Part shown: one piece after another, positions 13,601 through 25,600 of the stretch
How the letters are laid out: each line of letters begins with the position of its first letter
How positions within the stretch are numbered: the first letter of the stretch is position 1
Assembly: GCF_040938485.1 (NCBI RefSeq)
Contig: NW_027270897.1
Location: forward strand, 3,100,001 to 3,164,000
Reading direction: 5' to 3'
DNA: 64,000 bases
DNA from: Diadema antillarum
Lineage: Eukaryota
Notes under the pieces: model-generated
The model's input: only the letters and a program-made list of their open reading frames with translations
Told to the model about the DNA's origin: nothing
The model's database searches: none
Translations under genes and position numbers: made by a program

Positions 13601-16600
13601 TAGGGAACGTTAAGCTTAATTGTTTCATTTCATGCTGCTGATGTTAAAATGAGAAGATAAAAGTTCGCAAATAAGCAAAGATTAGTAGGCAGGAAAAGCA
13701 ATAAAAAAAAAAAACTCCGAGATGTCAAGATGATAAAACGTAATAATTTGACAGTTTTAATTGTAATTGCATGAATAATTAAACATCTATAAAATCAATA
13801 ATTTTTGTCACATTTTAGTATTGTATAATTATTTTTTAATGAAATAATTTACCATGGCAACTGGGAGAAGACGTCAGAGGATATTACTAGGGTTCTAATG
13901 CAATGACACAAGTAATTACAAATCTATAAATATAGTCACTATTGATACACTTTACTATTTGATGATATAAAACATGTATTTTAACAAAAAGAGCGATTCG
14001 TTGCCATGACAAAGGGAGAAGACATCACGGGCTCAATATCTAAATCTACCGAAAATATATCATTCAGCATGTGTGCTAACTTTGGCGCTTTTAGATAGAA
14101 ATGAACAATTGGTCAGATATTTTATCTGTTACTTTGCCGCTGAACTATGTGGCCAGAATTTAAATTAAATCTATTTAAGGAATGTTAGTATAACGAACTA
14201 CACTCACTCGTTATTTTGTTGTTTTCGTTATGGGAATATTAGGGAGCTTTAGATTTTCGCGACGGGGACGTTCAATGGAAAAGAAACCCTGTTCTGAAAT
14301 TACGCAAAATCGCTTGTCAAAACCGATCTATTTATACCTTGCGTCGTCTCAGTTTCCACTACGCGTCCTGGGCTAGTTTTACGTCCGCTCAAACCACGAC
14401 GAAGAGAGCTACTTTAAGCACTGATCGTAATGGGGGCACCATTTTAATTCTTATAAGTCGCGTTCTCGCGTAATCTAAAGCTACTCTTCAGCACGACGCG
14501 GGGAGAGAGGAGAACGTCCAACACCATCGTCGTATCAAATGTCCGCGTCGCAAATCTAAAGCTCCCTATTGAGGACTTTTTGAACGAATTGACAAGACAG
14601 CCTTTACTGGGGATGGACTCGTCAAAGTGCTCGAGTTGTCAATCTCTCAAAGAATGTGTTGATTCTACTCGAGGTCGAAGAGCTGAGTGAATGTGGCGAG
14701 AGATAAACATGACGTCACAGACCAGAAGACCATTCGAGATAAAGGGCATCAGTTTATGCCAGAGTAGACAGGTGCAATAATGTGATGCCAACTCAGAGAT
14801 TAGAAATGCGTCATCATTATGAGTAGCAATCTACATCGTCGTCGTGCAAATCGGAAGTCCGCATCCACTGTAAATTGCACAATATTATTCGATGGCATCT
14901 CGTTTTAGCTTTATCAGTCGACATCTATATTATCTGATAATGAGCAACGTTTGTTTTTAGAAATCATTCCAATGCGCAGACATAGTCAACATTTCTTCTG
15001 GGCCTATTTCAGCGGTTTTTCACAATAATTTCCTACATGCATTTCTGTCTGTCTTTGCCCCTATTCAAACATTTACCTTCGAGATACGTATCGATCTTGG
15101 GAACAATCTGCCTATTTATGTAACCATCCATCCAACTCTTTACTTGTTATCTCTCTTGAATCAATCCTTACTCTTACATTAGCCTAAAGATAGTAATTAC
15201 TGGGTCCAACCGATGATGAGAATTCCGCCGGCTCAAGTAAAGAATAAATATTCCCTTTGGGAAGCAAAAAAAAAAAAAAAAAAGGTGGAGATATTTGTTC
15301 TAAGTTTGCGATGGATGACATAACTGATGCAGTACAAATTATTACACGCAACCACCACTGACAACCTTTTTGTCAATGTCAACAATACTGAGTGAAGTGT
15401 AATAGCTGAGTGATATGAGCGTGCATCATTGTCAATTTAGGCTAACTTAACGTGCGTGCAGAGTTTGCGCTGTTAGGGAGTGCCTTTTTAATATGCCTGG
15501 CCTTTTCATAACAGTCATTACATTATTGTGAACACGTATGTGCTGTGAGTATGGGATTTGTATCTATTTCATCTTTTTCTTCTTTTTAAATGAAGAGTAT
15601 TGTTGACTCAAAGGGCAGACGAGGGTTTCCTGATGCTGTTCCGTAAGTGACTTTTTTGAAGCTTGTAAGAAAGTTGACATCATGGAACGTACCTTAAAAA
15701 TATTATCTATGCAATTATTTAACGTCGCGTTAATATCTATAACAGAACAAAATGATACCTGCTTTTATTAGTGAAGACGACTGAAAAAAAAACACCTAAG
15801 GTATTCTCTCCGTTTTGAAATTTCATCAGCTTCTCTTGTGATCTTTTTCTTCATATTTCAGAACGAAAAGGAACAGCAGATTACAATCAATGGATGGAGG
15901 CGCATGGTAATTACCTCTTTGTACTTTCAAAAACAATAACCACTCAGAACAAAGGTATGAGATTCCGTAAATGATGTTACCTGTTCACGTCTAGATTAAA
16001 ACTTTTCATACGCCAATTAAGATACATTAGGGGAGTTACCCAAGATAACCTGTTTAAAGAATTTAAGCAGTGGTCAAATTCTACCAAAATTGTTGTTTTT
16101 TTCGTCATTTCTAAGATATCAGATATATTGATATCTGTAATTTTCTATTTTAATACCTGCTGGCTTGTTTAGCTGTACCGTCTAACTGGACCTTCTTCAC
16201 ATACACATTTCATTAAAGATTCCTCGGAGTCCCTAAAGCTGAAAGGTCCGGACGTTTATCTTATCATTATTTACTTTTTTATTTTCGTTTATTCTTATTT
16301 ACTTGTTCTACGTTACGCACCATGAACTAACCAGGCATATAGTAATGATCAATTTTAATAACACATGTAGTTCAGTATGGGTCTTTCCTCGAATAAGGAA
16401 ATTAATAAACGAAGAATTGATTATCAATGCATTAGTCAATTAATCAATATTAATGGGTCAGTGAAGATTTAACGATATTTTTGTCTCCGTATACATTTCT
16501 CTCCTTTATTTCACTCTCTCTCTCTCTCTCTCTCTTTTTCTCCATCTACCTCTCTTTCTTTTTATTGTCTCTTCTTTCTCCTCCAGAGTTGGCTGGACCA

Positions 16601-19600
16601 TTTCCTGAAGTGGAACAAGGAAGATTACGGCGGCATCGACACCCTGGAGGTCTCTCCTTTCAGCATCTGGCTGCCGGACGTGAAGTTGTTAGAAAAGTAC
16701 GTTTGTTTGTTTGTTTGTTTGTTTGTTTGTTTGTTTATCTGTCTTTTTTCTGTCTTTTTGGGGATTGTTTAATTGTTTGTTTGCTTGCTTGTCTGTCTGT
16801 CTGTATCCACAGTCAGATTACTACGCTCATCATTTTCCGCATCTTCAGCTTCGTCAACAGCGCACCGCAGACGATTGCCATTGCCATTACAAGTGCATGT
16901 ATATAGGGCCATCCTTATCTTACAGTACAGTCCATTATGACTTTTAAAAAAAATCCTCAAGATTACAGTTTACCGCTCATTCCGCGGGACTATCTGTTAC
17001 CACAGTAAAGTCCGTGACCCGCTACATCCAACGGAGCCATAAGTCGGGAGTGGCCGATTGCTGATAATGGCATAGGGCATTTTATCTCTATTCCTCTTCT
17101 CTAATATAAAATATGATTCATGAAACAAAAATGCCCATGAACAGACATTTCGAATGCTGTAGGAGAGCATAGAGAGTGGGCCTGGAAATTTGTGTTTCGA
17201 GAAAACCACCTTCAAAGTTTTCATTGCAGCTGACACCACGTGTCTTTATCTACCGTTTTCTATTTGCCATTACGTTTATTTTGTCCACGTCATTTTCTTT
17301 GACATTTTAAGAACGCTATAGTAATTAAGAAGGAAGATCCAAAGATACCGAACAGAAAACTTTGTCGAACGAAAAAAAAATCCTAAACCGCAATTAGTAT
17401 TTTTTTCTTACTTTAATATGTTGCCGAAAGAACGCCTTAATGCACTGCATCATTTGATATCAAAACGGTGCGGTGATAACAGTCATCCTGTAAAACGCAA
17501 GGACGTGTCAAATACGTTTTCTTTCGCATCTTCTGATATGCTTTCGTGTAGCATTTCTTTTCGTTTTCATAATTCACGACGCACTGTCGTGTTTGCTTTC
17601 CACAGCTGATACGAGGCAGTTCTCAGACTGGTGTAAACTGTCATGGTAGAGACGAGCAAACTGCATATTAGGATCTGTTAAACAGACAAAGAAAATGTAG
17701 AAAGAATGAGGAGAATAAGATATGTAAGAAAAAGGACTGAGAGGAAAAGAAAGAGACAGAGAGGGGGAATTACACTGGCGCGACTCATCTTGTTTCACTG
17801 CTCATTATCATCCCACACCTATAGGGCCTCTGTTATAAAAAGTTTCAATAGTACTAGCCATTCATTTTTGTTTATTAGAAGTCCATGCTGACATGAGTGT
17901 ATTAAGGAAAAACTTACGATGGATTATAACTCTGTGAACAGGGACCTGGTCCAGGGCTTGAACTTGTATCCTATGTGTATACATTTAATGAGGTGCGCGT
18001 CTCGCTGAAAAGAGGAAAGCCGTTTTAACAAACAGGCGAGGGCCTGTCACACACACCATGATCATTTTGAATTCTACCATAATGTCTATGGGTTGATTCT
18101 CTGATCATTACCATAACTGAGGGATTGTCTGCTTTATGTTTCCGGAATGGATTCTGACTACACTTACGTTCAGACGGTGATCCTTAGCTTAGCGGATAAG
18201 GTAACTTCGAGAATAATTTTGTACTTATGCATGGGGCGCCAAGTGTCGCATGGTCTTTTTCGTTTTTTTTTTCGTTGACAAGTGACAAAATCGATATCAT
18301 CGACGAAATCAACATTTTGCTAACGACATTACAATTTCGTCACGGAATGACAATTTCGTCATTTAGTTGACGAAATTGACGTTGTCCCTTGTCAACGAAA
18401 AAAAAAAAAATTCGTGACGAAAGGGACAATGAGACACTTGGCGCCCCATACTTAACTACGAGCTTATCCTCGAAGTTAAGGATCACCGTCTGAACTTGAG
18501 TGTGACGTGGAATGTAGATTTTTTAAGAATAGTGCAGTCCAAGGCACAAAAGGTTACTGTATTTTGTCGGAGATATACCTTGCAAATAATGAAGAAAGAG
18601 ACAGAGTTGAGAAGAACGAGACGTTGAGGATAGTTAGGTGGTTATGTGTGGATGATGTAGTTATTTGAGCTCTGCTTTATCCGTCGTCATAACATATTAT
18701 TTAACAACCCCTCCTGTTTCGATGTTGTTGCAATCATTTCAATATTCCCTTCTTCTTCCCTTTGCTTCTTACCAGGGAGGTTGAAGAATTATTCCACCTC
18801 CCTGGTTCGACAAGGTGCCTTAATTTATCTGAAAGACACCAAAATGCATCATAAGCTGTCGCCTTTTCTAAGGAGAGAATGATCCACCGACAGCGTGGGT
18901 AGAAAGCCGAGAGTTCCAAAAGTCGAGAGTGGTGTGGACAAGGAAGGGAGTAGGGATGAAAAGAGTCTTGGTTTGTGTTTCAGCTACAGACCAAATCCGA
19001 TGCATCTTCGTGCTTATGATACAAGATGACAAAATTATCATGATCATAAATCAAGATTGCATAGATGTCTAAGATGTTGAAAATTTATGTTTAACAACCA
19101 ATCAGTGTATAAAAATTTCATTATTATGATTGTGTTGGCAAAGACAGTATTTATTTTGATTTAAATTGTTATGTTATGTTGTGTTATGTTATGTTATGTT
19201 ATGTTATGTTATGTTATGTTATGTTATGTTATGTTATGTTATGTTGTTTAAAGTGTGGCGTAATCATAATCCCCTCCAATGCCCCAGTTTAAACCGTTAT
19301 CGACGCTAACTCTGGCAGAAGGACTTCGAAGGAGGTTTTAGAATCCCTGGCTGAGCGCGTCTGTCATCCATGTACGAGATATTTTCAACTTTAACATAGT
19401 AAATTTTAGTGTTCATTCCTACTTGGAGAGTCAAAGCACATCCCTGCAGTTCTCGAATCTTGCCTTATCCTCGGATTACCTTTCAAACGATTCTTTGGCT
19501 GGTTTCGTTGTAGCCACTTACGTCTGATGAGTGCAGACAGAGCTCACTGTGTTAGCCCTCCTCCGTTCATCGCCCAAAGTTTGCCCCGAAGTTACCATCT

Positions 19601-22600
19601 TTATTGTTGAAAAGTACGCGTGTAAACTCAGACTCGTGTTTTCCACATGAAATATGAGTTCATTCCTGTTTAAAAACTTGATGATTGCTGGCGTCGATTG
19701 TTGATTAGGTCCACAGGTCTTCCTAAATCAATATTGATTGAGTTCTTTGGTATTGTGTACCAAAGCTCGCACCTAGGTTGCCTTCGGCCATTTCTGTTCT
19801 ACACTGTTTTCGGAGCTAGGGCTGCACCGCTAATAACTAATCGTTAAATGTTGCCACGCAAGAATGAAACAGAAAAATAAGTTGGGAGGACCACATTATG
19901 ACTGCTTCATGGTTATTACCCCCCCCCCCCCCCCCCCCCCAAACACGACCATCATCAAACTACATTGTCAAAATGGGGTGCTGGGTTAGAAAAAAAGCCG
20001 GTCCACAATCCCGTTTAGTCTAAAATAATGTGTTTGCTGATTAGGACATAAATAATGTAAGTGCTGCGAAGGAAAAACATGAACATTTATACAGCGGCGT
20101 CTTTGTTGCTAATCACTTTCATGAAGCTCTAATAGAGTAGCCATATTGCGCCCGAAGAAGAGCACGCCTATCAACAGACAATGGAAGTTCGACCTACATT
20201 TTATCTGTTAGCGTGCTGTGTCCTGAATATCAATGTAATTAATGACAAGCTTGTACCGGATGGGTAGAAATCAGCTGCCAAGTAGGGTAATAGCATGACT
20301 CACTAAAGATATCTTGGACCTTGAGCCAGACGGGAACAAAAATGTGCCATGTATCACCATACTTTATTTCATACACATTATTATCATGTACGCCAATTGC
20401 CCAGGGTTTTAACCTGTTATCTCATATTCAGACTCTCGGCTGAAGTGCATGATCTGTTGATTATTTTGTTTTGTCGATTAGAATACACTTCAATCGAGGA
20501 TACGAGGTTGATGATTTCCAGTCCTGCGTGAACAATGCTGAAAGTATTAAATATGCATTAATGATTGGTAATCTACACAAACACACTCGTATCAATAGTG
20601 ATAGACAGATAAATACATAAGTAAATGGACCGGCATGGCTGTTACAAGTAAAGCGGATCACGGTTTTGATCTTCCAAGCGGTTATCAACATTTGCCTGCA
20701 GGCAAACTTTTGTCTTTCTTTCGATCATTTAGTCACGAAACTTCCACAGATGGCGGAAAAACTCTTGGACTACATAATCATGCCGATAACAGAAATCACT
20801 GATTTTGACTACTGTTGGCAATCTGATGATTTCAAACGTGATTTTTTTTTTCATCTCAGCTGTTTTCCACCATGCCGACTCCGGAATCATTTCGTCATGG
20901 CGGGTCACTTTTTGTCTCTTCACCCATTATTTCATATCATACAACATGTGCGTTCATATTGTATTCTTATTTAAAGTTGAATAAATGTTCATCCTTGTGT
21001 TGTTACCGTTTTTTTAAGAAGAAAGTGTTAAAATCTCATTGTTTGAATATCTCCAAAATATGCTGACAGAACAACAACAAGAAATCAATCGCAGACTGAA
21101 ACTAGAGATTGTAATTTGTCATCACTGACAAATTAAGGTGATCCGATTTTTTTTTATCAATGATTAGAGTCCTGATTGCAATAGGCATGACCATACAAGT
21201 TCCATCTGTGTTTAGAGACATTGGCCGTGTGAGCTAGTGCTCGATAAAGACAATCATGTCAATTTTCACATTTAAAAAAATTCCCTCCCATAGAGATAAC
21301 ACGTCATAACGAAGATACAAAAAGAAGTACATATGACCTTTGACCTCAATTTGCACAGACAAGATGGCATCTGAGTAAAAAGTAGTTATTTTGTGAAATG
21401 ATCCTTGTAACATGGTCTTTGCGTGTGCAAAATATGGGAAAGATAGTACAGGTATTCACTAAGATACAGGATGAAACACTTATGACCTTTGACCCTAATT
21501 TACATACCCAAGATGGTGTCTGATCAAGTAGTTGTTATTTTATGAAATAATTTACGTGACATGAACTTAACATGTGCAAAATATGGAAGTGATAGAGGCC
21601 GTTTTTCTTGAGTTATTGCAAAGAAAGTTGCAGAAAGAAAGAAATATCTCAATACATCGAAGATAAGCTTGAATTTCAACCAAAATCTTTGACGTGATCT
21701 CGACAGCGTATGAAAAAATGAAGGGCACACTTACGGTAGCGTTAAGTCTCAGCTACAACATATTAAAATCTGGGAGAAATTTACCGAAGGGTAAGTGAGC
21801 TAGTGCTCGATAAAGATAGTCATGTCAATTTTCATTTCCAGAAAAACTGCACTCCCGTAGAGATAACACGTAAACTGGTCAAATTTGACAAGATTACTTT
21901 CAATCCATTTTTACGAGGTGATACCGTTATCCAATCAAAACTTTGTAATTTTGTGTTTGTAAGAACATTAAATAAGCTACAATATACTGAAATCTGGGTG
22001 AAAATTGACAAAGGACTAGTGAGATATGCTCGAATAAACTTGAAATTTGATGACGTCATTTTGAAAATTCACTTTTTTTACTTTATTAAGAAATTTGATA
22101 TCTTTTGATCATTTTGTCAGCATTACCACCCCATGAAATGACATGTACAACTCATCAGCTTTCAAAATATGTAAAGAAAATGGGGGGTCACCGTCCATCC
22201 TGACGAGTAAAATCGGATTTAAAATTGGCGGTTTTTTGGCATAGTTGCACTGTATATCGCCATTGACGCGCGCGCGGAATTTAAACTTTGATTGGCCCGT
22301 ATGACGTCATATTGAGTCGGATCGACTTGAAACTTGGTAGAAATATTCCTTGACATTTCAGACATTCGATCCGTGCGATAAGACGGGAAATTTCTATTGC
22401 ATATGAGCTGTGCGTGCGTATATGCGCGCGCGCGTACGCGTCCGTCCTATTTTTTCAATTTTTCAAAAAATGCTCGAAATGGTCTGAAACGTGTGCAAAA
22501 AAAATTTGAGCTCGATTTGAGCATACAAATATTTCAACGCGCGCGTACGCGCACGTACCAAGACAAATGTGAATTTTGAGAATATGAGTAGAATGCGCAT

Positions 22601-25600
22601 AACTTGAAATATATGTGACGTAAATTTCATTGAAAAACTTCATTCCATTAATGAGATATGATTGAGAATGTGTTTTCATATAATGACGTCATAGTGACGT
22701 CACGGTCGACTAATCACTTTGATTTTAGTTCGATTGCCGTCTTTGGGACACGATACATACATGGTATAAGTTTGAACTTGATAGGCATAGTACTTTCTGA
22801 GCTAACCTCTGCACAACTTTTGGGGAGAAATAAAGAAAGAAGAAGAAGAAGAAAGAATCCGTACAGATACAATAGGTGATCCGAGAGGATACTCGGATCA
22901 CCTAATTAAACAAACCAGTCATGTTAACCAGCTTCTTGTAAAGAAAAAGACGACCCTGCAATGTCCTGCAAAACGTGTAATGAGACGAAATGACCCAGCC
23001 GCACCCACTCGTGTCACTGTTTTGCTATGAAATGACCTCGTGACGAGTGCCCACTTCTATACTGTAGTGTTAAGATAATATGATAATCTATCCTACTAGA
23101 GTATCGCTGAATAGATGTGGAGCGACAGTATGTTTGTCCAGTGGTATCGTTTTCACTCCTGCAGTCATTTCCTCCTGCACTTTATTCCCATCTCATACTT
23201 CCACACCCAGCATCGATAAGGACTTTCAGAGCGAGGACGCCGTCAATGCCATCGTCCAGCCGGACGGTATGGTGGAGTGGTACACGCCCATGGTGATCAG
23301 CAGCTCGTGTAAGATCAACGTGCGCTACTTTCCGTTCGACACCCAGACGTGTGTGCTGACCTTCGGCTCCTGGGCCTATGACACCATGTCACTGGACCTC
23401 AACTACTCCGACGACGCCACTCAGGTATCACTGATCGTAGCTGATGAGCTTTTCTCGTGATACATGATGTACAATCTAACCTCAGTTATCTTCCCATCCT
23501 GATAAGTGAGATATGCTCAAGCAAGGCACTTTTATGCAAACTGAGCAGAGGTATTAAACGTAATGTATTGTTGTTGTTTTGTTTTTTGTTTGTTTGTTTT
23601 TTGCTATTTGCAACGATGATTCGCATCATATTTGCACGTCTAATAAGTCAAAGAATGTAAAAACAAATGGATTGTGAGTAGATTTACACCTTCCAGTTAA
23701 TCTTGTCCCTTCTAGAGATATTTTGGATTGTAGATTTACATGGTATCAGGGTAATTAACATCTATTTCCCGAATCTCTTAATTCCATGAATTTGTAAGAG
23801 AAAAATGCTAAACGCAGTTAAGCCGGTGCCTGTTCGTGTCCGGATAATAGAGATATCCAGATTAGTGATGGCTGGATACTGAGGTCGGTCTAACTTTAAA
23901 AAGGGCGATTAAACAGGACCTTACATACATGTAACATGAAGTACTTGATATTCTTATATCTAATTTGAAATATTCCAGAACGGATTCACTATGACACAAA
24001 AGTTGCTGTGTTGTTTTTGTTTTCAACTGCTGAAACCTGATTTTGAAAGATTAACTATGTTGCAGACTACATCCTACTCATCATGATTTTTTTAGTTCGT
24101 ACAAGTTCGAAATGTGGTAATATGGAAACCGAGAAGTTATAAGAATGTGAATGCAATATCGACACGTATACTCCTATCGCTCTGCCAATTAAGCCGGGTG
24201 GGCCCTTTAACAAAACTGTGACATAAGATGTACACTTCCTTTTAATTGTCATGTTAACATCAATACAATTAAACGGGACTTGAATCTTGTGTTTATTCTA
24301 TCAATTCAGAACGTTTTTCTCAACAACGGCGTCTGGGATTTGCGCACGATCATGGTAGAGCGGGAGCTCCGGTTTTTCTCCTGCTGTGAGCACCCTTTCA
24401 GCTACGTCGTGGTGAGGCTCGTTCTCCAGCGCCGCTACGAGTTCTACGTTTTCAACATGGTGGCGCCCTGTATCATGTTGTCGGCTATCAACGCCTTGGT
24501 GTTCCTGGTCCCGCCCGAGTCAGGCGAGAAGATCTCGTTCTCCGTGGCGAACCTCCTCGCGTCGATTCTCTTCCAGCAGCTCATCGGCGAGCTGATGCCG
24601 CCCCTGGGGGACGAGATCCCCCTCCTAGGTGAGCTCCGGGCCGACAAAACAAGTCATCCTGCTATACCTCTTTACGAAAGGGACGACCCTTTACCAACAC
24701 ATCCCCCTTTCGTGCTTTATCTTTTTTTAATTTGTTTCCTCGTGTGAGTTTTCTGCAATATTTTTGTAATACATGTTAATTGCTTTTCTAGTCCTCTATT
24801 CTTCATCTGTTGGTTTCACAAGATCTGCGAATTTGATAGTAAGCAACGAGAAGAGTCGTGCATAAGTGCACACAGTTCTTGAATATTTTTTTTTAATCTG
24901 AATTACATGGTGTTGCCTAGAATTGGTTACTGGTAGCGTAATGATGAAAAGTATTATGTTGTTTGTCTTTTATTTTCCGTTGATACAATTTCTTATATGA
25001 GTAACGTATTAATAAAAAAAAACACACATACACACAAATGATCAACAGACGTTACTTTTCTCCAACCTCACGTAATTATGAAAGTATCGGCATGACACTT
25101 TTTTGAATGGTGACTTTACCAAGTGACATGCTTACATTTGATTGTGATGTTTGCGTGCTTTACACTGATTTACCTCACGGTCTTCTTTGTCTTGTACTCC
25201 AGGTATGTTCTTTCTTTTCATGGTTGGGATGAGTTGTCTAGCACTGGGAGCCAGCGTCATGATACTGCGCATGTACCATCGCCTGGGCGACGAGCCCGTT
25301 CCATCGTGGCTGAGACACGTCTTTCTCCGAGGTGGTCTCCTTCCTTACTCCATCAAGCGGGCCAGGGCGGCGTTCACCAGACAACAGAGCAAAAAGTCGC
25401 CCTGCCAGAATCGGGAAGGTGCCTACCGACGCAGCAGCAATTGCAGTGTGTCGCTCGTGAAAGAAGGCAAGAACGACGTGCATCTCAGTCTAACGGAGAA
25501 CATCCCCGCCTCCATACATGACAAGTCTGACAAGAACGCCCCCTGCAAACTCTACGCGGACTTCGACGAGGACTTCGATGACGAGACGACGATGATGAAG

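Noticed and set aside
16813-16898. Possible cassette exon after the loop-A exon (strong acceptor)
   Set aside because: Available donors give 80 or 86 nt, not frame-preserving, and the peptide is not receptor-like
19523-19550. CTGATGAG hammerhead-ribozyme-like core (also CTGAAGAG at ~58589 and TTGAAGAG..GAAAC at ~33030)
   Set aside because: No properly placed GAAA after a paired stem II; stems I and III are not evident
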